A DNA stretch of 64,000 nt from Nemertoderma westbladi (taxonomy: Eukaryota > Animalia > Xenacoelomorpha). Location: the NCBI GenBank assembly GCA_032718475.1, contig JAUCBJ010007860.1, positions 62,001 to 126,000 of the forward strand, in the 5' to 3' direction. Positions 36,601 to 46,900 of the stretch are shown piece after piece. The position numbers and the translations under genes are program-made. The notes below the pieces were generated by a model. It was not told where the DNA came from and did no database searches. It was given only the letters and a program-made list of their open reading frames with translations. Positions within the stretch are counted from its first letter, which is position 1; each line of letters opens with the position of its first letter.

Positions 36601-39600
36601 ATTTGAAACACAACTAGTTCCACCCACCGTGGTTGACCCCATGAAGCTGTAATTTTCGATTTTGCCTTTAAATTCTTTTTATAAGCGTTTTAAAATAAGT
36701 GTCTTTTGCGAAATCGCAATACCGTATCGTGGGCATTCTTCACATTAGTCGTAATTGTTTTATATCATTAAAAAGCTTGTGTTGCAAGGATTCCAAATAT
36801 GTAACAATACCTGAATTTCGTTGAGAAACAGCTGAGATATAGGCGTTCAAAGATTGTAAGAAGTATTGTTCGCTGAAAGCCATTTACTCTATTTAATAAA
36901 TACACGATGTTCTGGAACATTTTGTTTAAGTATGAATAGCTACGCAATAGATATATTGAATAGGAATTGCGCGGTTGCCAACCAACTCATAAAATAAATA
37001 AGACATTCTAGAATTTCGTGTATTTATCAAATAGAATGAATAGCCTACCCCGAATGATTGTTCTTGCAATCTTTAAACGCCTATTATTCAGCTGTTTCTC
37101 AATGAAATTCAGATATTTTTACATATTTCGAATCCTTGCAACGCAAGCTTTCCAATATTATGAAAAATTACGACTAATGTGAAGAATGGCCACGATGCGC
37201 AGTGTGGGCGCTTATAAAAAAAATTTTAAAGTAAAAATCGAAAAAATTCCGACTTCATGGGGTCATCGATGGTGAGTGGAACTAGTTGTGTTTCAAATTT
37301 CAAGCAATATGATAATGATTTGTAGAAAAATCTGGACTCATGAACATCGTGAACATGTACATACAAGCAAGTTTCGAGCGCCCGTATCTCAAAATTTAAC
37401 TTTTCCTCAACGAAATCCAGATATTGTTACAGATTAGGAATCCTTGCAGCGTTACTTATTCAAATATACCAATAAACCACTACAAGGTTGAAAAATAATC
37501 GACTGGAGACACCTTGATAGTTGAGACCATTGCTCTTACGCAACGAGGACCATCCAATCATGATATTGTGCTTTGGCTGCCGCGTGGTGAGAGTAAGCAT
37601 GGAGGGCAGAGAAACCATGACATGCTTGTTTAGTTACGAATATTAAAGTACACTGACCTTGATAATCTCGCGACATAGGGAATCCTTAGCATATCAGCAT
37701 CTAACTTGATGCCATCAATGATGCTGATGACAGCAGCAATCATCCCAGGCATGGAAATCGATCAACTTGCTTACTGGGCGGAAAAGCCAACCAACCACCA
37801 AGTTTAAGGCTGAATCACCAGCCGCTCGCCTCAATGGTTGGAAGGCCCACTTTGAAAAGCTCCTCAATAATGACAGGGTATTGCCTGATAACATTATAGA
37901 AGTAAAAGTCCCAGATATTCCCATTGTTGATATCTTCTTTGCAGAAGTGAAGGCTGCTTCAAAGAGCATTAAGAGCAATCGTGCCAGTGGAGTAGATGGT
38001 GTTCCCCCTGAGGTCTTTAAAATACCTGAGTGTTTAAAGCTCATCTATCCCATCATAGTAGACATGTACCGAACAACAAGAGTCCCACAAGAAATGAAAA
38101 CAAATAAGTTGGTGCCAGTTCCCAAGAAGGGCAACCTAACACTCTATGGTTCTTTCCGGGGAATCTCATTGATCTCGATTGCTGCAAAGCTATACAATAG
38201 AATTATATTAAATCGCATCAGGGATCCCATTGAGAGACTGCTCCGTGGAAATCAGAATGGGTTCCGTAAAGGTCGTGGGACCATGGAGCCCATTTTGGCA
38301 CTTAGAAGGATAATTGAAGAGTTATCAAAAAAGAAAGACAGGCATCTGGCTGTTATCTTTGTTGACTTCTTCAAGGTCTTTGATTCAGTCTCTCGCTCAC
38401 GTATGTTCAGCATACTTTCATTATATGGGATTCCTGATGAAATTATTGCAGCAATCAGATCAGTATACGATGGTTCAACAACATTTGTGTCTACTGTTGA
38501 CGGTGACACAGAACCATTTGAAGTGTTATGGGGCGTCCTCCAGGGAGACATATTTGCGCCATTCTTGTTCATAATTGTGGTTGACTATGTTCTACGCATG
38601 TCCTTAGATCATCATAATGATGATGGGGTGATCATATCTCCACCTACTGGCTCCAGAAGTCGAGGAAATCCTGCCAAATACCTATCTGATCTAGACTTTG
38701 CTGATGACTTAGGAGTACTCTCTAAATCACTAGAGGGAGCCCAACGGCTCCTCAGCTCATTAGAACATGCTTCTTCTAGTGTTGGTCTTTTTATTAACTC
38801 CAGAAAGACCAAAATTTTGACAGTTAACTTTGAAAGTCCTCAGCAAGTCTCTGATCGGATGAGCATAAGCTCAAAGATGGTATGCTTGAGCATGTGGACG
38901 ACTTCTGTTACCTGGGATGATGGCTCCGGAAGTTAGGTGAGGACCTTCGAATGCGTAAGGGAAAGGCATGGGCAGCCTTGAATAGGCTTTCCAGGATTTG
39001 GAAGTCACCGATAATTAATCGGAAACTTAAGGTCCGATTATTTAGGGCAGCAGTAGTTCCAGTACTCCTCTAGGGGAGTCCATGCTGGGCTCTAACTGCT
39101 GAGGACACCAAATCTCTGGATGGCACATTCACAAGAATGCTACACCGGGTTCATTGTGTCAAGTACAATGCACACATCTCCAACCAGACACTATATAACA
39201 TTGGAGGTGTCTCATTGGTTCCCCCAAGCTTGACACTAGAACAAAATCGCCTCATTGCAGTACATTGCTTTCGCCGTGAGGACCAGCCAGTGCATAATCT
39301 GGTACTTTGGCAGCCTCATGGAGTGAATAGAATAAGCATGGTGGACAGACCATGACTTTCTTGAGACGCATCTTAAAGGACACTTGCCTTGAAGATGCGG
39401 ATGATCTAGCAAATGTCATGGGTGATAGGGAGTTGTGGCGGCGCAATTTTGTCGACAAGCCGGAACAGCATTCTTAAAAATGCAGCTGCAATGCAGCATG
39501 CCGATCCTAATAGTAGTATCTAACTTGAACATTTAAAAATGATGAGAAAATTTAATTTGATAATTGTAGATAATTTCGGCCAGATAGGGCTTCCAAAAGT

Positions 39601-42088
39601 ATAATCAAAGTTTTTAAACTTTAACTCACAATGTCCATCCAATTAACCGGTATTAAAATTGCATGGTAAGGTTTAATGACTGTAAAAAACCTTACCGGTA
39701 GGTGTGTTAGTACCAAAGTATGTATAAAACTAAAAATCAACAAAACCTAGACGTTGCATACAATCTGTGATCAGCTGACGGCAGCCAGCTGATCGGCAGG
39801 TTTCGCCCCGCAGTTGAAGGCATTCTCAGGAGGCCAAGTCAGGAAACGTAGAGAGAAATTCACAAAGTGATACGGATACCACATTTTTTGAAACCAGCAT
39901 GTTCATTTTCATAATATTTTTCGACCACTTTTTGTATTTTCATTTTCTATTTCTGATAATTGGAAAATATATAAAAAATATTAAAAAAGTGGGGAAATAT
40001 ATAAAAAATAATAAAAAAGTGGGGAAATATTATGAAATCATAAAACTGGTCGAAATTTATGAAGCTTATGAAATTACCTTTCATATAAATCAAAAATTGC
40101 AAAAAACGGTTGAGAAATGGCGGAGGAGTAGTATTTTTCGATGAAGTTAAAATGAAGAGAATAAGTTGAAATGAAGAGAGAAGTCTGTAACCACTGCCAC
40201 TGCCACTGCCACTGGTAAGCAGCACCAATCACGTTTTTGGTTGCTGATAACGGGCTTGCATGTTTGAATGTAATACATTTCCAGCTATTACAAGTTATTC
40301 CAGCTTATCTGGATTGTGCAATTGCTTTGAAATGTTTAAACAATTCACGCCAGTCAGTCAGCCAACGTGTATTGGGCACGCCGCGGTGCGTCATGATGTG
40401 GTTGTGCACAGTCTTACCCTGTTAGCTCCAATTTTTTTCATTGGTCTGAAACATAATATCTGTGAATACATTTTTCTGCTGTAGGGTAAGGGATCCATTT
40501 ACGTTTGGGCCAGCGGTAATGGCGGTATCTCTGATGACGACTGCAACGCAGACGGTTACGTATCCAGCCCATACACGGTTTCTGTTGGGTCAGTGACATG
40601 GACTGGTGAAGCTGCCTACTACGATGAACGGTGTGCCTCCACCATGGCTGTCGCTTATACTGGTTGGTAGTATTTTACGGTCGATAATTGATTGTTTTAA
40701 TGTCTTAATTCTTGCACTTAGAAATTAGAAATTAGAAATAGACAGGCCTTATAAATTTGAATTTAAAATTATGTTCTAAAATTTTAAAATTTTTAATTAT
40801 TTTTTAAATTTTTAAAATTATTATCCCGTTAGGCAGTGAACACGAAAAGGAAGATTTTGAAGGTAAACTGACGCCAGATCATAAACTAGTTACCACTGAT
40901 CTCAACCATAGATGTGTGAAACATTTCCGAGGAACGAGTTCTGCGGCCCCATTGGCCGCCGGAATATTCGCCTTGGTTTTGGAGGCCAATCCCGAACTGA
41001 CATGGCGCGACCTTCAGCATATAATTGCCAGGGGCAGCCACATCCCCAACCCGCAGGAGGACGGCTGGTATGTAAATGGCGGTGGGCGCCATCTTAACCG
41101 CGGATTTGGATTTGGGGTACTCAATGCCGGGAAGATGGTTGAACTGGCCTTGTCATGGAAACCAGTAGGCCGTCGACATGTCTGTAAGATAAGGTACAGC
41201 GGAGGTGCGATTAAGTTTGGTCCGGGTTCACAATCGATCAACCTCATTACGACCGGATGTCGGAAGCTACCCAGTCGGATCTCCAACCTGGAGCACGTGC
41301 AGACTGTAGTCTCGTTCCAACACCAGCGCAGAGGTTCTGTATCCATCACACTCACCTCCCCCCAAGGAACCACATCCCAGATGTTATCGAGGCGGAGGCT
41401 GGATGACTCTGCCGAACGAGTCGATAGTTTCCCCTTCATGACGATCCATCACTGGGACGAGAATCCCGTGGGTGTGTGGAAGTTGTTGCTCTCAGGCGGG
41501 AAGGGGGGCGGAACCCTGTACAACTACACCCTAGTGCTATCCGGAACATCGTCGGATCCGGAGAGCGAATCCCGGGACACTCCCGAATCGATTTACCAGA
41601 TGTACGAGGACGAGATTGGCGAACCGAAGAACGTCGAGTTCAAGGGGGTCGTGGTCGATCCCGGCACTTTGGCTGACCCCGTTGAGATGCAGAGTAAGGC
41701 TGTCAACAGAAAGGTTGAAGGTTCGTTTAAATCTCAGAAAGAGTCAGAGTTAAAGTCTCGGAAAGAGAAGGAATCTCGTAAAGACGCTGAGTTGAAATCT
41801 TTGGGTAATCTGGATTATCAGAAACAGAGAGAGGCGGAGTTGGATTCTAGTAAAGTGGTTGTAGAATTGGAATCTAAAAAAGAGGCAGAGATGAAATCTC
41901 GGATAGCGTTGGAATCCAAAAAGGAGACGGATTTGGAATCCCAGGAAAAGGGCAAAGGATATCGGCAACGACGATTATTTCGAGATACAAATAAATTATC
42001 GAATGTTAAATTGCGTCATTTAAAAGCCAATAGGTGGGCATTAACTCCACGACAAGTGATGGATATACAAAGATTATTGAATAAATAA
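15249..42088 (+). CDS. Subtilisin/kexin-type proprotein convertase (S8B; furin/PC1-like), 5 coding exons, ~789 aa
   Basis: Exons 15249-15673, 16613-16842, 35509-35789, 40485-40662 and 40833-42088 join with GT-AG boundaries in phases 2,1,0,1, giving 2370 nt. Catalytic Asp (VDDG), His (HGTKCAG), oxyanion Asn (SGNGG) and Ser (GTSSAAP) are present, followed by a P domain. Confidence 0.92.
16613..16842 (+). CDS. Convertase exon 2 (catalytic Asp)
   Basis: aag|G TAC TTA..., encoding [40 protein letters not shown]; donor G|GTTGGT. Confidence 0.9.
17165..17806 (-). mobile_element. Degenerate RTE-like LINE RT fragment, split by the BEL element (continues at 29205-~29255)
   Basis: The minus strand reads ..[43 protein letters not shown] across the BEL insertion site; (TAG)n-type tail near 17165-17185. 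Confidence 0.75.
17807..18347 (+). repeat. 5' LTR of element 1
   Basis: TGTGACC...GGGGAATA, direct repeat of 28664-29204; TATA-like TATAAG at 18095. Confidence 0.93.
18662..21046 (+). CDS. N-terminal gag region of element 1 (low complexity/coiled coil), separated from the rest by a G15 run
   Basis: Contains the BEL-like LPSDSVSQV motif and a coiled-coil stretch. Removing one G from the run at 21029-21043 fuses it in frame to the next ORF. Confidence 0.8.
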   Translation: MSTGIPGETRRGTASTVGPEHSSHLDGTPTGSADSQFEGWSDSSHADQPGSQGAIGGDPQPEVCSDSAVLPESVNVPDTNQTSTVPGRVGSAVNSRTGPVLPTTTGQHPVRPRTPSPDGGSPQHSDSDDRRAPAGATAGAATVEDAVVRLQPRGARSDTRTGSPVKPARARRLTRSTIEKGTLPSRDTGEVEKLAQKYRRARDRMEDGVKTGTLNFNIDEAVEQVNLYIEHLNKYQQEVASDQITDHITNFLTVLYITHKLVGIYRVGKVVVGEAATAVAKNWDSVPLGGEMREAEAELLPSDSVSQVESNRGTFISSQVRSNYMSVASSRGVREEELHAQFLIEQRELEGELLEQELEKARRVRAHRLAKNRKQQLEARQQKRLVSLRAASENGSSVSRPTQVSQSVSVPCGLAQVATARKQTNNRVELNKPIEFNNLNLLNKQTQLVDIDQTAGRRPTYLVQQQAVQTSARLPATQGLVQGVSEGDSIRLMSRDTDNCINLNGNLNNNLTPNIDLLQYNANSNKNANIIAPIIIQSNVEAPVLSNNIDSDSHQPTHNTDDIAVPPSGSRLYCGNQIASREESDREERLRDSGDRTSVRVSSKVEEVYYEGCPGARTGQLTQSGESERATRAQEDRSSDELVDPLCRLGQPATVGYQSVDQQEQATVVPDIDKQTTLNPNASDYRPPRVPEGGRLNLSDVRHADSTANVPVPRVPLWRPRDDNVYYNSNIREYLPVTASPSYNPTSSGTYTQRGSNETIHSPVGLHYDTLPRLSYPSRETDKPAYNNVGGGGG
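20964..26438 (+). CDS. BEL/Pao gag-pol (capsid-like region, Zn knuckles, protease, RT, RNase H, integrase), with a premature TGA at 26343-26345
   Basis: [61 protein letters not shown]. The frame continues past the TGA ([18 protein letters not shown]) to TAA at 26438. Confidence 0.93.
26572..26967 (+). other. Array of ~15 short stem-loops (consensus RTCYAY-TCC-RTRGAY) in the 3' non-coding region of element 1
   Basis: Examples: gtctac-tcc-gtagac, gtctat-tca-atagac, gatctat-tcc-atagatc, atccac-tcc-gtggat, ggattac-tcc-gtagtct; spacing about 22-35 nt. Confidence 0.8.
28655..28663 (+). other. Polypurine tract of element 1
   Basis: AGGGGGGAG immediately before the TG of the 3' LTR. Confidence 0.85.
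28664..29204 (+). repeat. 3' LTR of element 1
   Basis: Direct repeat of 17807-18347, followed by TSD AATTC. Confidence 0.93.
31757..33180. mobile_element. Non-autonomous piggyBac-like DNA transposon (1.4 kb)
   Basis: TTAA at 31753-31756 and 33181-33184; imperfect TIRs CCCTATTA...TAATAGGG; internal subrepeats (GTGCTAGCACCA). Removing it restores the LINE sequence seen at 39021-39040. Confidence 0.85.
33199..33500 (-). mobile_element. Penelope-like element terminal (pLTR) fragment or retrozyme-like insert with inverted arms
   Basis: Flanked by a near-duplicated target (TCGATTATTTAT / TCGATTAATTAT); ~45-bp inverted arms at 33247-33290 and 33457-33501; contains a minimal hammerhead. Confidence 0.6.
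33306..33351 (-). ncRNA. Minimal type I hammerhead ribozyme
   Basis: Minus strand: AGCACUA-CUGAAGA-GGCCU UAU AGGCC-GAAAC-GUAC-GUA^UAGCGCU. Full CUGANGA/GAAA/GUH core, perfect stem II, stem I 6/7 paired, palindromic stem III (ACGUACGU). Confidence 0.85.
34190..34935 (-). mobile_element. Degenerate RTE-like LINE fragment (APE C-terminus/linker)
   Basis: The minus strand reads [38 protein letters not shown] with stops and frameshifts. Confidence 0.7.
35509..35789 (+). CDS. Convertase exon 3 (catalytic His)
   Basis: cag|GT GAC AAC AGC CAT GGA, encoding [38 protein letters not shown]; donor GTTAGT. Confidence 0.92.
36410..36462 (+). other. Possible degenerate tRNA-derived SINE head
   Basis: A-box-like TGGTCCAGGTGG and B-box-like TTCGAATCC, with no complete cloverleaf. 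Confidence 0.3.
36568..37331. mobile_element. ~760-bp foldback/MITE (long imperfect palindrome)
   Basis: The left arm TTTCTACAAATC..GCTTGAAATTTGAAACACAACTAGTTCC..CCCCATGAAG is mirrored by the reverse complement at 37253-37331; symmetry continues toward a centre near 36950. Confidence 0.8.
37710..39520 (+). mobile_element. 5'-truncated RTE-like LINE (RT ORF 37767-38936, then a frameshifted C-terminus)
   Basis: [46 protein letters not shown]; same family and 3' end as 29261-33996. Confidence 0.9.
39875..40142 (+). repeat. ~270-bp dispersed AT-rich repeat, copy A
   Basis: Near-identical inverted copy at 42620-42637 plus 61464-61715; internal ~33-bp tandem units. Confidence 0.85.
40485..40662 (+). 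CDS. Convertase exon 4 (oxyanion Asn); absent from the ORF track
   Basis: tag|GGT AAG GGA TCC, encoding [46 protein letters not shown]; donor GTTGGT. Confidence 0.92.
40833..42088 (+). CDS. Convertase exon 5 (catalytic Ser, P domain, charged tail)
   Basis: [31 protein letters not shown] domain [26 protein letters not shown]; stop at 42086-42088. Confidence 0.93.
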
Positions 42089-42637
42089 TATTAAAAATTT
42101 TAATTATTGTATTCTTCCTGATTCAACAACTTTCTCGATATTGGTTCAGTTTGGCCGTAATCACAGGAAATACAAACCAACTGAACCATACATGTACGTT
42201 TCCGGACCGTATGAAAACAGAATAAATCTGAACTTTCTGAACAATTAAGGAAAAAAGAAATTAAATTCCCCTCCCTCGGAAGAAATTTCATATAAACTAT
42301 TAAATGTCAAAATTTCAAATCTGAAAACCGCTTAGAGAGATCTCTTTTAGTTCTCTAGTTATCGTGGAATATGTCTGTCAAAATGTAAGACAGACAAACA
42401 ACCGACCGACGTAGGCCTACAGACTAGATTCCACTAAATGTTAAAACTGACATCGGAAAAGAAATCAGCGACCCCGAAAACCCATTAAATATAATTTTAG
42501 CTCGGTGGTGTGCTTTCTTCCTGTCAGACAAATTAACCAACCAGACCCCATGCGTTAGTTTTGACTTTGAGCGAGCAGGATTGAACATTTAAGGCAATTA
42601 TCTCTGTATGACATTCTTTCAATCGAAAAATACTACT

Positions 42638-43895
42638 TGTTCGCGCTTTTGAAGACCTTTAGCAGTTTAACCTGCCAAAATTTATATGTCTTTTAGTTAA
42701 TTAAAACCACTTTAGCATATGACAATATTTTATGCTAATACGCAAAACATTAGCCGAAGGCAGCCCATGCGCGATCATTCACCCGATGGATCTACACCCG
42801 GGAGGCTGAATTCGGATGCTTAAATTGTATTATTGCAGTGTAAGGTTGCAGTGTATACCTACTGTATTATTCGATAGATCGTTAATAATTAATCTCTGAC
42901 ATATATTATTGGCTTTCGGGAAATATTAACAGTTCCTTTAGGACGTGGCGCTTTATCTATTTAAACAGAACTAAGACTTATACTAAAACGCAACGATACT
43001 GCTTATGATTAAAGTATAAAGCGTATTCTTTAGGAAATACTTTGTTACCAATCACAATCATACACACTATTCTGCCGACCGTCAGTATATTTGATCATAC
43101 ATAAAGAGAGCAGCAATTGACTCACGTAGGGTCTGCTAAATAACATTGGATTCAATACACACCACATTAATATAAATCGCAATTGTTATGTATAGCCGGT
43201 CTCTCTAACCTGTAGTGTTATCAAGAAAATTGGGAATTTGGGTGATTTATCCGTATTATCCAAAGAGCAATATTTCCATCAACAAATAGGTACAATTAAT
43301 AACTGACAGTAAATAACAGTACAAACAATATGATTAATGCAGTTAAATTAAGTAAGTATGTTAAGATGCGTTAAAATTCGATTGATTAATTAGATTCGAT
43401 TCGGTAACAGTTTATACTTTCGATAATTTAAGCAGTTTTACTAGAGTTCTTCCCAAAAGGCCGGTGTTTCTGGCTTAGACAGCAATAACAACAAAGTATC
43501 AAGTAAAAACAGTAAGACTGAACACTCTCCTTATGATCGGCTGAAAAGCTACACGTCGACAGGAAAAATCGCTCTGATTGGCTCAAGCCAAACAAAGAAC
43601 CATGCGTCCAATGGCTGTTTCCATGTCAGCAACCAGCTGTTAGATGTCGTAATATGAATCATCACGGCTAAGCTGTGAAAGGTAGTTGGTGCATTACAGG
43701 TTTTTTGCCTTACCATGTCCGCCAAAACACGTATATAGCAGAATGATTTTTATGTCCGTTAAAACACCTGTAAAGGTACCTTGCGGGCGAGGGGAATATA
43801 TATACAGTTAGAGAACCCTTTTAGAGTATTCCAGCGCCTGGGGGGAACTGGCCAGCAAAGGCAAACGTATCAGTTATCCCACAAAAGCTTTTACA
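42638..43895 (-). repeat. 3' LTR of element 2
   Basis: Direct repeat of 60201-61458. Confidence 0.95.
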
Positions 43896-43973
43896 CCGCT
43901 CCCAGAAAATGGGATTTAAGTCTATAAAATATACAAAATCACAGTTTCTAAAATATAAAAATACTCTAAACAG

Positions 43974-46900
43974 TTAGTCTTTCTTGCGCGGACGGCGTTT
44001 ACGCAGTTTTTTAAAGCTAGCAAGAGTCCTTTTCTCTTTGGGGCGAGCCACTTTACGAGGAGGGCTATAACTCCTGGGTGAAGGGTGCAATATGATTGCA
44101 TCAGAAGGTATGGGATTGCGATCGGTATATCCGCCGGTCGAAGTACCGGGTTGATTGACCTCAACGTCCGGGGAGAGGGGTCTAACGGCTTTGAGAGCTC
44201 GTTTCAAGACAGCCGCTCTTACGGGTCCTGTACGAGTGGTCTGCACGAGGGCCGTGGGTGGACCATAGGTAGTTAGAAACTTCCTTGGTTTAATGGTTCT
44301 TTCCAACTCGCGTTCGCGGGCTCGGTACTCGTAAGGCCGTCGATATACTTCTTGTAACTCAGGGTGTGAGTTGACGAATAAGTCTCCATAGGCAGGGTCT
44401 TGACGGATAAAGTTTATTAAGTTGTAAGAATGGATGTCACTCGGATTAATGCTCCTGAGGAATTTGCGTACATATTTGGTTGAAATACATTCTCCAACGC
44501 GCTTCAATAGTTCATAACTTGATAGGCGCGATTTTTGCTCGACGGAGGCAAACAAATATGGATGGAACGCATAAACTCCTTCGTAGGCGCGTCCAGGATA
44601 ATAGCGATGGCGTGAATCACAATGTAAATCAGCGTTCGCTTCCCAAGCTCTGATATAACGTAGTACAATCATCTCATCTACGCTCTCTAAATCATGGTTG
44701 AAGGGACAATCAAAGCTGGCGTGTCCTTTTAATTGACAATGATGGCATTGAGTCATAAATTTGGGGCAGACCCCAAAAATGTGCAAATTATTAAGCCGAC
44801 AATATGCACAATAGATTTCCATCGACGGTTGCTTGTGGAAATAGGAACAAAGATCGTTGGTGTCCATAGACGTAATATGGTCTCTCGATGCGCACAGCCG
44901 ACAACGTTGTCTAGAAACATAATTGGCATGGCGATAATCATACGCAGTAAGACACTGGGGACCTTGATACCATTCCAATATGTAGTCGCTATCGCTACTC
45001 CGAGACGTGGGGGGTTGAATCTCTTCAGATTCTAAACATATGGGTTCGTCTTCCCCTTGTATAGTTGAGGTAGGCATGGCCGTCTCCTCAAGTGGACCTA
45101 CCGTCTGAATTTCCACGACAGAATAACCGGTGGGGATCCGAGGTCTTTGAATAACCGAGGAGTGCAGGTTTATTATACAAATGTCTCTGAAAATAGCGAA
45201 TCCAGCGCTATCTAACTTCTCCGCAGCCGAGTCTCTTAAGCTGAGCTTGGTCAAAGCGCGGTCTTTGAATTGGCTATCCACGTTGCGAAACGGGGTTAAA
45301 AACCGTCGGAAACATTCAAAGCGGATGAATTTATTATGTTCATCTAGCTTAGCGAGTTTGGTCCCAAGGATTAATGGATGGGCGCGTATAGTACGACTGC
45401 ACACATCGGCTAGCCAACCGGAAAGTGCGGTGTTTTCGAAGATCGTGTAGATAGCTAAGGAGGGACGGAGTGGAACACTCATGAAGCTATACACGGCGCC
45501 AGGTGCGGTCAACGGTCCGTCAAAGTATAATCGAGAATAATGGTCTCCATATACTTGTTGATAATTGATGGGATTTCCGACCTTGAAATTCCACCCGTAT
45601 TCCTGAAAGGCGAGATGTCCGATGGAAGTTCGTTGCACCTTTGTAATGTTGCTAGACACATTAGCATACATGGTGCGAAAGACCTCGGCCTTCGGCCCAA
45701 GGAGCTATCAGCTGAGTATCCACGAAAGGATAGGGGATATTCTCCATATTCCGAAAGTCGTTTTGGAGATCTCCGTAAACAGCTGAGCCGATTTTAACGA
45801 TTCTTTCGTTGAATAACATCTCGAGAACGGGCTGGGGTAACATCGATCCATCGATACCCATGGCCGGTTTGCGTTCGGTGTCAATGACGTAACGCTGCGC
45901 GAGTTCGAATTGTCTATGTCGGAGATTCTTTTGCGTTTCGGTGAGAGTTTCGAAGGAATAATCGATCACGTCGGAACACGCTCGCGTAAACACGTGAGTG
46001 GAGCCAGCTAATCCGCGTATGTGTATCATGCGCGTAGTTCCTAATTCTCCGATTGGAACGCTACCTTCGTTATCATAAGTAACAACGCCATACATCTCAA
46101 TGATATTAAGAGTTTCATTCCACTCTTTGGTGGCGTTCTCGAGGGTCATCCCTACTGGATGCCACAAGGTGGCGCATTGATTAGCGTCAGGGAGATCACT
46201 ATACTTCATATATCGAGTGGTATACGTCTCCACATTTCCATATCTTTGGATTTTCTCCTCCTCGAATAATACGTCTAGATTTCAATGGACTAATCGAGTT
46301 TTAATAAATCCATCGAGGTTATAAGGAGGTTCTGTATCCTTCTCTATTCGAGAAACGTTGTATGGTTTTCGAAATGAGTTTGCCTTTACTAATTGATCCA
46401 GATGTTTTTGCAATTGTTCGAGTTCGACAATGTCTAGAGGATTTATTAGTGGTAGAAACTTTAAATCATGCGTCGGATCTTCTGGTTTTACCATATAATA
46501 TTGAGTCAGATTAACGTAATAAGGGTGATCTTTAATTCCATAAAAAGAGTTCTGTAAAGGTCTAGCGCGTATGTTGACATCGTGTACCATACGACGGACA
46601 AGATCCGCTCGATTGTCCGGAGGTTCAACGAGTATACCGTCAACTCGAGCGGCCTCGATTGGCGGACGCTGTAACATAGGAGCGTCAGCGATAAGATTTT
46701 GCGATCTTATGCTGATATCAACCGGTTGGGGTTGTATCTTTGCGAAAAGTTTGTCTCCGAAATGCGGAACCATCGAGGGATGACGGACGGTTTTAGAGTA
46801 GAGATCGGTTATGAGTATCTGAGTTTCGGGTTGGGCTAAAGCGGCTTCTTCTCTCTCATCCATTTCCGTATGTCTCTCCTCCATTTGATTCTCCTCCGCC

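Noticed and set aside
39899-40228. Hydrophobic or Lys-rich ORFs (also 61344-61691)
   Set aside because: They arise from an AT-rich dispersed repeat with internal tandem units.
45670-45700. Programmed frameshift at the cargo junction
   Set aside because: No recognised slippery motif in the correct frame; a 1-nt indel or sequence error is simpler until other copies are compared.
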